Shown: positions 40,291-55,200 of the stretch, one piece after another
Numbering within the stretch: position 1 is the stretch's first letter
Layout: the number at the start of each line of letters is the position of its first letter
Origin: Eledone cirrhosa
Lineage: Eukaryota
Length of the DNA stretch: 64,000 nt
NCBI GenBank assembly: GCA_964016885.1
Contig: OZ024742.1
Coordinates: 15,624,001 to 15,688,000 of the forward strand
Reading direction: 5' to 3'
Program-made: the position numbers and the translations under genes
Notes under the pieces: model-generated
Told to the model about the DNA's origin: nothing
The model's database searches: none
The model's input: the letters and a program-made list of their open reading frames with translations, nothing else

Positions 40291-43200
40291 TAAAGTGTGA
40301 TTATTAAAGAACCACAGAGTAAAGTGTGATTATTAAAGAACCACAGAGTAAAGTGTGATTATTAAAGTACCACAGAGTACAGTGTAATTATTAAAGAACC
40401 TCAGTGTCATGTGTGATTATTAAAGAACCTCAGAGTAAAGTGTGATTATTAAAAAACCACAGAGTAAAGTGTTATTATTAAAGAACCACAGAGTAAAGTG
40501 TGATTATTAAAGAACCTCAGAGTAAAGTGTGATTATTAAAGAACCACAGAGTAAAGTGTGATTATTAAAGAACCACAGAGTAAAGTGTGATTATTAAAGA
40601 ACCACAGAGTAAAGTGTGATTATTAAAGTACCACAGAGTACAGTGTAATTATTAAAGAACCTCAGTGTCATGTGTGATTATTAAAGAACCTCAGAGTAAA
40701 GTGTGATTATTAAAGAACCACAGAGTAAAGTGTTATTATTAAAGAACCACAGAGAAATGTGAGATTATTAAAGACCCACAGAGTAAAGGGTGATTATTAA
40801 AGAACCTCAGAGTAAAGTGTCATTATTAAAGAACCTCAGAGTAAAGTGTGATTATTAAAGAACCTCAGAGTAAAGTGTGATTATTAAAGAACCACAGAGT
40901 AAAGTGTGATTATTAAAGAACCTCAGAGTAAAGTGTTGATTATTAAAGAACCTCAGAGTAAAGTGTGATTATTAAAGAACCTCAGAGTAAAGTGTGATTA
41001 TTAAAGAACCACAGAGTAAAGTGTGATTATTAAAGAACCTCAGAGTAAAGTGTGATTATTAAAGAACCACAGAGTAAAGTGTGATTATTAAAGAACCTCA
41101 GAGTAAAGTGTGATTATTAAAGAACCTCAGAGTAAAGTGTGATTATTAAAGAAGCAGTGTCATGTGCGATTATTAAAGAACCACAGAGTAAAGTGTGAAT
41201 ATTAAAGAACCTCAGAGTAAAGTGTGATTATTAAAGAACCTCAGAGTAAAGTGTGATTATTAAAGCACCTCAGAGTTAAGTGTGATTATTAAAGAAACTC
41301 AGGGTAAAGTGTGATTATTAAAGTACCACAGAGTACAGTGTAATTATTAAAGAACCTCAGTGTCATGTGTGATTATTAAAGAACCTCAGAGTAAAGTGTG
41401 ATTATTAAAGAACCACAGAGTAAAGTGTTATTATTAAAGAACCTCAGAGAAATGTGTGATTATTAAAGAACCACAGAGTAAAGTGTGATTATTAAAGAAC
41501 CTCAGATTAAAGTATGATTATTAAAGAACCACAGAGTAAAGTGTGATTATTAAAGAACCTCAGAGAAATGTGTGATTATTAAAGAACCACAGAGTAAAGT
41601 GTGATTATTAAAGAACCTCAGAGTAAAGTGTGATTATTAAAGAACCACAGAGTAAAGTGTGATTATTAAAGAACCTCAGAGTAAAGTATGATTATTAAAG
41701 AACCACAGAGTAAAGTGTGATTATTAAAGAACCTCAGAGAAATGTGTGATTATTAAAGAACCACAGAGTAAAGTGTGATTATTAAAGAACTTCAGAGTAA
41801 AGTGTGATTATTAAAGAACCACAGAGTAAAGTGTGATTATTAAAGAACCTCAGAGGAATGTGTGATTATTAAAGAACCTCAGAGTAAAGTGTGATTATTA
41901 AAGAACCACAGAGAAATGTGTGATTATTAAAGAACCACTGAGTAAAGTGCGATTATTAAAGAACCTCAGAGTAAAGTGTGATTATTAAAGAACCTCAGAG
42001 TAAAGTGTGATAATTAAAGAACCACAGAGAAATGTGTGATTATTAAAGAACCACAGAGTAAAGTGTGATTATTAAAGAACCTCAGAGTAAAGTGTGATTA
42101 TTAAAGAACCACAGAGTAAAGTGTGATTATTAAAGAACCACAGAGTAAAGTGTGATTATTAAACAACCACAGAAAAATGTGTGATTATTAAAGAACCTCA
42201 GAGTAAAGTGTGATTATTAAAGTACCTCAGAGTAAAGTGTGATTATTAAAGAACCTCAGGGTAAAGTGTGATTATTAAAGAACCACAGAGTAAAGTGTGA
42301 TTATTAAAGAACCACAGAGAAAAGTGTGATTATTAAAGAACCTCAGAGTAAAGTGTGATTATTAAAGAACCATACAGAAATGTGAGATTATTAAAGAACC
42401 ACAGAGGAAAGTGTGATTATTAAAGAAGCACAGAGTAAAGTGTGATTATTAAAGAACCTCAGAGTAAAGTATGATTATTAAAGAACCACAGAGTAAAGTG
42501 TGATTATTAAAGAACCTCAGAGAAATGTGTGATTATTAAAGAACCACAGAGTAAAGTGTGATTATTAAAGAACTTCAGAGTAAAGTGTGATTATTAAAGA
42601 ACCACAGAGTAAAGTGTGATTATTAAAGAACCTCAGAGGAATGTGTGATTATTAAAGAACCTCAGAGTAAAGTGTGATTATTAAAGAACCACAGAGAAAT
42701 GTGTGATTATTAAAGAACCACAGAGTAAAGTGCGATTATTAAAGAACCTCAGAGTAAAGTGTGATTATTAAAGAACCTCAGAGTAAAGTGTGATAATTAA
42801 AGAACCACAGAGAAATGTGTGATTATTAAAGAACCACAGAGTAAAGTGTGATTATTAAAGAACCACAGAGAAATGTGTGATTATTAAAGAACCACAGAGT
42901 AAAGTGTGATTATTAAAGAACCTCAGAGTAAAGTGTGATTATTAAAGAACCACAGAGTAAAGTGTGATTATTAAAGAACCACAGAGTAAAGTGTGATTAT
43001 TAAACAACCACAGAAAAATGTGTGATTATTAAAGAACCTCAGAGTAAAGTGTGATTATTAAAGTACCTCAGAGTAAAGTGTGATTATTAAAGAACCTCAG
43101 GGTAAAGTGTGATTATTAAAGAACCACAGAGTAAAGTGTGATTATTAAAGAACCACAGAGAAAAGTGTGATTATTAAAGAACCTCAGAGTAAAGTGTGAT

Positions 43201-46200
43201 TATTAAAGAACCATACAGAAATGTGAGATTATTAAAGAACCACAGAGTAAAGTGTGATTATTAAAGAACCTCAGAGTAAAGTGTGATTATTAAAGAACCA
43301 CAGAGTAAAGTGTGATTATTAAAGAACCACAGAGAAATGTGTGATTATTAAAGAACCACAGAGTAAAGTGTGATTATTAAAGAACCTCAGAGTAAAGTGT
43401 GATTATTAAAGAACCACAGAGTAAAGTGTGATTATTAAAGAACCACAGAGTAATGTGTGATTATTAAAGAACCACAGAGTAAAGTGTGATTATTAAAGTA
43501 CCACAGAGTACAGTGTAATTATTAAAGAACCTCAGTGTCATGTGTGATTATTAAAGAACCTCAGAGTAAAGTGTGATTATTAAAGAACCACAGAGAAATG
43601 TGTGATTATTAAAGAACCTCAGAGTAAAGTGTGATTATTAAAGAACCTCAGTGTAAAGTATGTTTATTAAAGAACCACAGAGAAATGTGTGATTATTAAA
43701 GAACCTCAGAGAAAAGTGTGATTATTAAAGAACCACAGAGTAAAGTATGATTATTAAAGAACCACAGAGAAATGTGTGATTATTAAAGAACCACAGAGAA
43801 AAGTGTGATTATTAAAGAACCACAGAGTAAAGTGTGATTATTAAAGAACTTCAGAGTAAAGTGTGATTATTAAAGAACCACAGAGTAAAGTGTGATTATT
43901 AAAGAACCTCAGAGGAATGTGTGATTATTAAAGAACCTCAGAGTAAAGTGTGATTATTAAAGAACCACAGAGAAATGTGTGATTATTAAAGAACCACAGA
44001 GTAAAGTGCGATTATTAAAGAACCTCAGAGTAAAGTGTGATTATTAAAGAACCTCAGAGTAAAGTGTGATAATTAAAGAACCACAGAGAAATGTGTGATT
44101 ATTAAAGAACCACAGAGTAAAGTGTGATTATTAAAGAACCACAGAGAAATGTGTGATTATTAAAGAACCACAGAGTAAAGTGTGATTATTAAAGAACCTC
44201 AGAGTAAAGTGTGATTATTAAAGAACCACAGAGTAAAGTGTGATTATTAAAGAACCACAGAGTAAAGTGTGATTATTAAACAACCACAGAAAAATGTGTG
44301 ATTATTAAAGAACCTCAGAGTAAAGTGTGATTATTAAAGTACCTCAGAGTAAAGTGTGATTATTAAAGAACCTCAGGGTAAAGTGTGATTATTAAAGAAC
44401 CACAGAGTAAAGTGTGATTATTAAAGAACCACAGAGAAAAGTGTGATTATTAAAGAACCTCAGAGTAAAGTGTGATTATTAAAGAACCATAGAGAAATGT
44501 GAGATTATTAAAGAACCACAGAGTAAAGTGTGATTATTAAAGAACCTCAGAGTAAAGTGTGATTATTAAAGAACCACAGAGTAAAGTGTGATTATTAAAG
44601 AACCACAGAGAAATGTGTGATTATTAAAGAACCACAGAGTAAAGTGTGATTATTAAAGAACCTCAGAGTAAAGTGTGATTATTAAAGAACCACAGAGTAA
44701 AGTGTGATTATTAAAGAACCACAGAGTAATGTGTGATTATTAAAGAACCACAGAGTAAAGTGTGATTATTAAAGTACCACAGAGTACAGTGTAATTATTA
44801 AAGAACCTCAGTGTCATGTGTGATTATTAAAGAACCTCAGAGTAAAGTGTGATTATTAAAGAACCACAGAGAAATGTGTGATTATTAAAGAACCTCAGAG
44901 TAAAGTGTGATTATTAAAGAACCTCAGTGTAAAGTATGTTTATTAAAGAACCACAGAGAAATGTGTGATTATTAAAGAACCTCAGAGAAAAGTGTGATTA
45001 TTAAAGAACCACAGAGTAAAGTATGATTATTAAAGAACCACAGAGAAATGTGTGATTATTAAAGAACCACAGAGAAAAGTGTGATTATTAAAGAACCACA
45101 GAGTAAAGTGTGATTATTAAAAACCTCAGAGAAAAGTGTAATTATTAAAGAACCTCAGTGTCATGTGTGATTATTAAAGAACCACAGAGTAAAGTGTGAT
45201 TATTAAAGAACCATACAGAAATGTGAGATTATTAAAGAACCACAGAGTAAAGTGTGATTATTAAAGAACCTCAGAGTAAAGTGTGATTATTAAAGAACCT
45301 CAGAGGAAAAGTGTGATTATTAAAGAACCTCAGAGTAAAGTGTGATTATTTAAGAACCCCAAAGTAAAGTGTGATTATTAAGGAACCTCAGAGTAAAGTG
45401 TGATTATTAAAGAACCACAGAGTAAAGTGTGATTATTAAAGAACCTCAGAGTAAAGTGTGCTTATTAAAGAACCACAGAGTAAAGTGTGAATATTAAAGA
45501 ACCACAGAGAAATGTGTCATTATTAAAGAACCACAGAGTAAAGTGTGATTATTAAAGAACCTCAGAGTAAAGTGTGATTATTAAAGAACCACAGAGTAAA
45601 GTGTGATTATTAAAGAACCACAGAGTAAAGTGTGATTATTAAAGAACCACAGAGTAAAGTGTGATTATTAAACAACCACAGAAAAATGTGTGATTATTAA
45701 AGAACCTCAGAGTAAAGTGTGATTATTAAAGTACCTCAGAGTAAAGTGTGATTATTAAAGAACCTCAGGGTAAAGTGTGATTATTAAAGAACCACAGAGT
45801 AAAGTGTGATTATTAAAGAACCACAGAGAAAAGTGTGATTATTAAAGAACCTCAGAGTAAAGTGTGATTATTAAAAAACCATACAGAAATGTGAGATTAT
45901 TAAAGAACCACAGAGTAAAGTGTGATTATTAAAGAACCTCAGAGTAAAGTGTGATTATTAAAGAACCACAGAGTAAAGTGTGATTATTAAAGAACCACAG
46001 AGAAATGTGTGATTATTAAAGAACCACAGAGTAAAGTGTGATTATTAAAGAACCTCAGAGTAAAGTGTGATTATTAAAGAACCACAGAGTAAAGTGTGAT
46101 TATTAAAGAACCACAGAGTAATGTGTGATTATTAAAGAACCACAGAGTAAAGTGTGATTATTAAAGTACCACAGAGTACAGTGTAATTATTAAAGAACCT

Positions 46201-49200
46201 CAGTGTCATGTGTGATTATTAAAGAACCTCAGAGTAAAGTGTGATTATTAAAGAACCACAGAGAAATGTGTGATTATTAAAGAACCTCAGAGTAAAGTGT
46301 GATTATTAAAGAACCTCAGTGTAAAGTATGTTTATTAAAGAACCACAGAGAAATGTGTGATTATTAAAGAACCTCAGAGAAAAGTGTGATTATTAAAGAA
46401 CCACAGAGTAATGTATGATTATTAAAGAACCACAGAGAAATGTGTGATTATTAAAGAACCACAGAGAAAAGTGTGATTATTAAAGAACCACAGAGTAAAG
46501 TGTGATTATTAAAGAACTTCAGAGTAAAGTGTGATTATTAAAGAACCACAGAGTAAAGTGTGATTATTAAAGAACCTCAGAGGAATGTGTGATTATTAAA
46601 GAACCTCAGAGTAAAGTGTGATTATTAAAGAACCACAGAGAAATGTGTGATTATTAAAGAACCACAGAGTAAAGTGCGATTATTAAAGAACCTCAGAGTA
46701 AAGTGTGATTATTAAAGAACCTCAGAGTAAAGTGTGATAATTAAAGAACCACAGAGAAATGTGTGATTATTAAAGAACCACAGAGTAAAGTGTGATTATT
46801 AAAGAACCACAGAGAAATGTGTGATTATTAAAGAACCACAGAGTAAAGTGTGATTATTAAAGAACCTCAGAGTAAAGTGTGATTATTAAAGAACCACAGA
46901 GTAAAGTGTGATTATTAAAGAACCACAGAGTAAAGTGTGATTATTAAACAACCACAGAAAAATGTGTGATTATTAAAGAACCTCAGAGTAAAGTGTGATT
47001 ATTAAAGTACCTCAGAGTAAAGTGTGATTATTAAAGAACCTCAGGGTAAAGTGTGATTATTAAAGAACCACAGAGTAAAGTGTGATTATTAAAGAACCAC
47101 AGAGAAAAGTGTGATTATTAAAGAACCTCAGAGTAAAGTGTGATTATTAAAGAACCATACAGAAATGTGAGATTATTAAAGAACCACAGAGTAAAGTGTG
47201 ATTATTAAAGAACCTCAGAGTAAAGTGTGATTATTAAAGAACCACAGAGTAAAGTGTGATTATTAAAGAACCACAGAGAAATGTGTGATTATTAAAGAAC
47301 CACAGAGTAAAGTGTGATTATTAAAGAACCTCAGAGTAAAGTGTGATTATTAAAGAACCACAGAGTAAAGTGTGATTATTAAAGAACCACAGAGTAATGT
47401 GTGATTATTAAAGAACCACAGAGTAAAGTGTGATTATTAAAGTACCACAGAGTACAGTGTAATTATTAAAGAACCTCAGTGTCATGTGTGATTATTAAAG
47501 AACCTCAGAGTAAAGTGTGATTATTAAAGAACCACAGAGAAATGTGTGATTATTAAAGAACCTCAGAGTAAAGTGTGATTATTAAAGAACCTCAGTGTAA
47601 AGTATGTTTATTAAAGAACCACAGAGAAATGTGTGATTATTAAAGAACCTCAGAGAAAAGTGTGATTATTAAAGAACCACAGAGTAAAGTATGATTATTA
47701 AAGAACCACAGAGAAATGTGTGATTATTAAAGAACCACAGAGAAAAGTGTGATTATTAAAGAACCACAGAGTAAAGTGTGATTATTAAAAACCTCAGAGA
47801 AAAGTGTAATTATTAAAGAACCTCAGTGTCATGTGTGATTATTAAAGAACCACAGAGTAAAGTGTGATTATTAAAGAACCATACAGAAATGTGAGATTAT
47901 TAAAGAACCACAGAGTAAAGTGTGATTATTAAAGAACCTCAGAGTAAAGTGTGATTATTAAAGAACCTCAGAGGAAAAGTGTGATTATTAAAGAACCTCA
48001 GAGTAAAGTGTGATTATTTAAGAACCCCAAAGTAAAGTGTGATTATTAAGGAACCTCAGAGTAAAGTGTGATTATTAAAGAACCACAGAGTAAAGTGTGA
48101 TTATTAAAGAACCTCAGAGTAAAGTGTGCTTATTAAAGAACCACAGAGTAAAGTGTGAATATTAAAGAACCACAGAGAAATGTGTCATTATTAAAGAACC
48201 ACAGAGTAAAGTGTGATTATTAAAGAACCTCAGAGTAAAGTGTGATTATTAAAGAACCACAGAGTAAAGTGTGATTATTAAAGAACCACAGAGTAAAGTG
48301 TGATTATTAAAGAACCACAGAGTAAAGTGTGATTATTAAAGTACCACAGAGTACAGTGTAATTATTAAAGAACCTCAGTGTCATGTGTGATTATTAAAGA
48401 ACCTCAGAGTAAAGTGTGACTATTAAAGAACCACAGTGTAAAGTGTTATTATTAAAGAACCACAGAGAAACGTGAGATTATTAAAGACCCACAGAGTAAA
48501 GGGTGATTATTAAAGAACCTCAGAGCAAAGTGTGATTATTAAAGAACCTCAGAGTAAAGCGTGATTATTAAAGAACCACAGAGTAAAGTGTGATTATTAA
48601 AGAACCTCAGAGTAAAGTGTTGATTATTAAAGAACCTCAGAGTAAAGTGTGATTATTAAAGAACCTCAGTGTAAAGTGTGATTATTAAAGAACCTCAGAG
48701 TAAAGTGTGATTATTAAAGAACCACAGATTAAAGTGTGATTATTAAAGAACCTCAGAGTAAAGTGTGATTATTAAAGAACCACAGAGAAATGTGTGATTA
48801 TTAAAGAACCACAGAGTAAAGTGTGATTATTAAAGAACCTCAGAGTAAAGTGTGATTATTAAAGAAGCAGTGTCATGTGCGATTATTAAAGAACCACAGA
48901 GTAAAGTGTGAATATTAAAGAACCTCAGAGTAAAGTGTGATTATTAAAGAACCTCAGAGTAAAGTGTGATTATTAAAGCACCTCAGAGTTAAGTGTGATT
49001 ATTAAAGAAACTCAGGGTAAAGTGTGATTATTAAAGTACCACAGAGTACAGTGTAATTATTAAAGAACCTCAGTGTCATGTGTGATTATTAAAGAACCTC
49101 AGAGTAAAGTGTGATTATTAAAGAACCACAGAGTAAAGTGTTATTATTAAAGAACCTCAGAGAAATGTGTGATTATTAAAGAACCACAGAGTAAAGTGTG

Positions 49201-52200
49201 ATTATTAAAGAACCTCAGAGTAAAGTATGATTATTAAAGAACCACAGAGTAAAGCGTGATTATTAAAGAACCTCAGAGAAATGTGTGATTATTAAAGAAC
49301 CACAGAGTAAAGTGTGATTATTAAAGAACCTCAGAGTAAAGTGTGATTATTAAAGAACCACAGAGTAAAGTGTGATTATTAAAGAACCTCAGAGTAAAGT
49401 GTGATTATTAAAGAACCTCAGAGTAAAGTGTGATTATTAAAGAACCACTGAGAAATGTGTGATTATTAAAGAACCACAGAGGAAAGTGTGATTATTAAAG
49501 AAGCACAGAGTAAAGTGTGATTATTTAAAAACCTCAGAGTAAAGTGTGATTATTAAAGAACCACAGAGTAAAGTGTGATTATTAAAGAACCTCAGAGAAA
49601 TGTGTGATTCTTAAAGAACCTCAGAGTAAAGTGTGATTATTAAAGAACCACAGAGAAATGTGTGATTATTAAAGAACCACAGAGTAAAGTGCGATTATTA
49701 AAGAACCTCAGAGTAAAGTGTGATTATTAAAGAACCTCAGAGTAAAGTGTGATAATTAAAGAACCACACAGAAATGTGTGATTATTAAAGAACCACAGAG
49801 TAAAGTGTGATTAATAAAGAACCACAGAGAAATGTGTGATTATTAACGAACCACAGAGTAAAGTGTGATTATTAAAGAACCACAGAGAAATGTGTGATTA
49901 TTAAAGAACCTCAGAGTAAAGTGTGATTATTAAAGAACCTCAGAGTAAAGTGTGATTATTAAAGAACCTCAGAGTAAAGTGTGATTATTAAAGAACCACG
50001 GAGTAAAGTGTGATTATTAAAGAACCTCAGAGTAAAATGTGATTATTAAAGAACCATACAGAAATGTGAGATTATTAAAGAACCACAGAGTAAAGTGTGA
50101 TTATTAAAGAACCTCAGAGTAAAGTGTGATTATTAAAGAACCTCAGAGTAAAGTGTGATTATTAAAGAACCTCAGAGTAAAGTGTGATTATTAAAGAACC
50201 TCAGAGTAAAGTGTGATTATTAAAGAACCACAGAGTAAAGTGTGATTATTAAAGAACCTCAGAGTAAAGTGTGATTATTAAAGAACCTCAGAGAAAAGTG
50301 TGATTATTAAAGAACCTCAGAGTAAAGTGTGATTATTAAAGAACCTCAGAGTAAAGTGTGATTATTAAAGAACCACAGAGTAAAGTGTGATTATTAAAGA
50401 ACCTCAGAGTAAAGTGTGATTATTAAAGAACCTCAGAGAAAAGTGTGATTATTAAAGAACCTCAGAGTAAAGTGTGATTATTGAAGAACCTCAGAGTAAA
50501 GTGTGATTATTAAAGAACCACAGAGTAAAGTGTGATTATTAAAGAACCTCAGAGTAAAGTGTGATTATTAAAGAACCATACAGAAATGTGAGATTATTAA
50601 AGAACCACAGAGTAAAGTGTGATTATTGAAGAACCTCAGAGTAAAGTGTGATTATTAAAGAACCTCAGAGGAAAAGTGTGATTATTAAAGAACCTCAGAG
50701 TAAAGTGTGATTATTAAAGAATCCCAGAGTAAAGTGTGATTATTAAGGAACCTCAGAGTAAAGTGTGATTATTAAAGAACCACAGAGTAAAGTGTGATTA
50801 TTAAAGAAACTCAGAGTAAAGTGTGATTATTAAAGAACCACAGAGTAAAGTGTGATTATTAAAGAACCACAGAGAAATGTGTGATTATTAAAGAACCAAA
50901 GAGTAAAGTGTGATTATTAAAGAACCTCAGAGTAAAGTGTGATTATTAAAGAAGCTCAGAGTTAAGTGTGATTATTAAAGAATCTCAGGGTAAAGTGTGA
51001 TTATTAAAGTACCACAGAGTACAGTGTAATTATTAAAGAACCTCAGTGTCATGTGTGATTATTAAAGAACCTCAGAGTAAAGTGTGATTATTAAAGAACC
51101 AGAGAGTAAAGTGTTATTATTAAAGAACCTCAGAGAAATGTGTGATTATTAAAGAACCACAGAGTAATGTGTGATTATTAAAGAACCTCAGATAAAGTAT
51201 GATTATTAAAGAACCACAGAGTAATGTGTGATTATTAAAGAACCTCAGAGAAATGTGTGATTATTAAAGAACCTCAGAGAAATGTGTGATTATTAAAGAA
51301 CCACAGAGTAAAGTGTGATTATTAAAGAACTTCAAAGTAAAGTGTGATTATAAAAGAACCATACAGAAATGTGAGATTATTAAAGAACCACAGAGTAAAG
51401 TGTGATTATTAAAGAACCTCAGAGAAATGTGTGATTATTAAAGAACCTCAGAGTAAAGTGTGATTATTAAAGAACCACAGAGAAATGTGTGATTATTAAA
51501 GAACCACAGAGTAAAGTGCGATTATTAAAGAACCTCAGAGAAATGTGTGATTATTAAAGAACCTCAGAGTAAAGTGTGATAATTAAAGAACCACAGAGAA
51601 ATGTGTGATTATTAAAGAACCACAGAGTAAAGTGTGATTATTAAAGAACCACAGAGTAAAGTGTGATTATTAAAGAACCTCAGAGAAATGTGTGATTATT
51701 AAAGAACCTCAGAGTAAAGTGTGATTATTAAAGAACCACAGAGAAATGTGTGATTATTAAAGAACCACAGAGTAAAGTGTGATTATTAAAGAACCTCAGA
51801 GTAAAGTGTTGATTATTAAAGAACCTCAGAGTAAAGTGTGATTATTAAAGAACCTCAGAGTAAAGTGTGATTATTAAAGAACCACAGAGTAAAGTGTGAT
51901 TATTAAAGAACCTCAGAGTAAAGTGTGATTATTAAAGAACCACAGAGAAATGTGTGATTATTAAAGAACCACAGAGTAAAGTGTGATTATTAAAGAACCT
52001 CAGAGTAAAGTGTGATTGTTAAAGAACCTCAGAGTAAAGTGTGATTATTAAAGAAGCAGTGTCATGTGCGATTATTAAAGAACCACAGAGTAAAGTGTGA
52101 ATATTAAAGAACCTCAGAGTAAAGTGTGATTATTAAAGAACCTCAGAGTAAAGTGTGATTATTAAAGCACCTCAGAGTTAAGTGTGATTATTAAAGAAAC

Positions 52201-55200
52201 TCAGGGTAAAGTGTGATTATTAAAGTACCACAGAGTACAGTGTAATTATTAAAGAACCTCAGTGTCATGTGTGATTATTAAAGAACCTCAGAGTAAAGTG
52301 TGATTATTAAAGAACCACAGAGTAAAGTGTTATTATTAAAGAACCTCAGAGAAATGTGTGATTATTAAAGAACCACAGAGTAAAGTGTGATTATTAAAGA
52401 ACCTCAGAGTAAAGTATGATTATTAAAGAACCACAGAGTAAAGCGTGATTATTAAAGAACCTCAGAGAAATGTGTGATTATTAAAGAACCACAGAGTAAA
52501 GTGTGATTATTAAAGAACCTCAGAGTAAAGTGTGATTATTAAAGAACCACAGAGTAAAGTGTGATTATTAAAGAACCTCAGAGTAAAGTGTGATTATTAA
52601 AGAACCTCAGAGTAAAGTGTGATTATTAAAGAACCACTGAGAAATGTGTGATTATTAAAGAACCACAGAGGAAAGTGTGATTATTAAAGAAGCACAGAGT
52701 AAAGTGTGATTATTTAAAAACCTCAGAGTAAAGTGTGATTATTAAAGAACCACAGAGTAAAGTGTGATTATTAAAGAACCTCAGAGAAATGTGTGATTCT
52801 TAAAGAACCTCAGAGTAAAGTGTGATTATTAAAGAACCACAGAGAAATGTGTGATTATTAAAGAACCACAGAGTAAAGTGCGATTATTAAAGAACCTCAG
52901 AGTAAAGTGTGATTATTAAAGAACCTCAGAGTAAAGTGTGATAATTAAAGAACCACACAGAAATGTGTGATTATTAAAGAACCACAGAGTAAAGTGTGAT
53001 TAATAAAGAACCACAGAGAAATGTGTGATTATTAACGAACCACAGAGTAAAGTGTGATTATTAAAGAACCACAGAGAAATGTGTGATTATTAAAGAACCT
53101 CAGAGTAAAGTGTGATTATTAAAGAACCTCAGAGTAAAGTGTGATTATTAAAGAACCTCAGAGTAAAGTGTGATTATTAAAGAACCACGGAGTAAAGTGT
53201 GATTATTAAAGAACCTCAGAGTAAAATGTGATTATTAAAGAACCATACAGAAATGTGAGATTATTAAAGAACCACAGAGTAAAGTGTGATTATTAAAGAA
53301 CCTCAGAGTAAAGTGTGATTATTAAAGAACCTCAGAGTAAAGTGTGATTATTAAAGAACCTCAGAGTAAAGTGTGATTATTAAAGAACCTCAGAGTAAAG
53401 TGTGATTATTAAAGAACCACAGAGTAAAGTGTGATTATTAAAGAACCTCAGAGTAAAGTGTGATTATTAAAGAACCTCAGAGAAAAGTGTGATTATTAAA
53501 GAACCTCAGAGTAAAGTGTGATTATTAAAGAACCTCAGAGTAAAGTGTGATTATTAAAGAACCACAGAGTAAAGTGTGATTATTAAAGAACCTCAGAGTA
53601 AAGTGTGATTATTAAAGAACCTCAGAGAAAAGTGTGATTATTAAAGAACCTCAGAGTAAAGTGTGATTATTGAAGAACCTCAGAGTAAAGTGTGATTATT
53701 AAAGAACCACAGAGTAAAGTGTGATTATTAAAGAACCTCAGAGTAAAGTGTGATTATTAAAGAACCATACAGAAATGTGAGATTATTAAAGAACCACAGA
53801 GTAAAGTGTGATTATTGAAGAACCTCAGAGTAAAGTGTGATTATTAAAGAACCTCAGAGGAAAAGTGTGATTATTAAAGAACCTCAGAGTAAAGTGTGAT
53901 TATTAAAGAATCCCAGAGTAAAGTGTGATTATTAAGGAACCTCAGAGTAAAGTGTGATTATTAAAGAACCACAGAGTAAAGTGTGATTATTAAAGAAACT
54001 CAGAGTAAAGTGTGATTATTAAAGAACCACAGAGTAAAGTGTGATTATTAAAGAACCACAGAGAAATGTGTGATTATTAAAGAACCAAAGAGTAAAGTGT
54101 GATTATTAAAGAACCACAGAGTAAAGTGTGATTATTAAAGAACCACAGAGTAAAGTGTGATTATTAAAGAACCACAGAGTAAAGTGTGATTATTAAAGTA
54201 CCACAGAGTACAGTGTAATTATTAAAGAACCTCAGTGTCATGTGTGATTATTAAAGAACCTCAGAGTAAAGTGTGATTATTAAAAAACCACAGAGTAAAG
54301 TGTTATTATTAAAGAACCACAGAGTAAAGTGTGATTATTAAAGAACCTCAGAGTAAAGTGTGATTATTAAAGAACCACAGAGTAAAGTGTGATTATTAAA
54401 GAACCACAGAGTAAAGTGTGATTATTAAAGAACCACAGAGTAAAGTGTGATTATTAAAGTACCACAGAGTACAGTGTAATTATTAAAGAACCTCAGTGTC
54501 ATGTGTGATTATTAAAGAACCTCAGAGTAAAGTGTGATTATTAAAGAACCACAGAGTAAAGTGTTATTATTAAAGAACCACAGAGAAATGTGAGATTATT
54601 AAAGACCCACAGAGTAAAGGGTGATTATTAAAGAACCTCAGAGTAAAGTGTCATTATTAAAGAACCTCAGAGTAAAGTGTGATTATTAAAGAACCTCAGA
54701 GTAAAGTGTGATTATTAAAGAACCACAGAGTAAAGTGTGATTATTAAAGAACCTCAGAGTAAAGTGTTGATTATTAAAGAACCTCAGAGTAAAGTGTGAT
54801 TATTAAAGAACCTCAGAGTAAAGTGTGATTATTAAAGAACCACAGAGTAAAGTGTGATTATTAAAGAACCTCAGAGTAAAGTGTGATTATTAAAGAACCA
54901 CAGAGTAAAGTGTGATTATTAAAGAACCTCAGAGTAAAGTGTGATTATTAAAGAACCTCAGAGTAAAGTGTGATTATTAAAGAAGCAGTGTCATGTGCGA
55001 TTATTAAAGAACCACAGAGTAAAGTGTGAATATTAAAGAACCTCAGAGTAAAGTGTGATTATTAAAGAACCTCAGAGTAAAGTGTGATTATTAAAGCACC
55101 TCAGAGTTAAGTGTGATTATTAAAGAAACTCAGGGTAAAGTGTGATTATTAAAGTACCACAGAGTACAGTGTAATTATTAAAGAACCTCAGTGTCATGTG

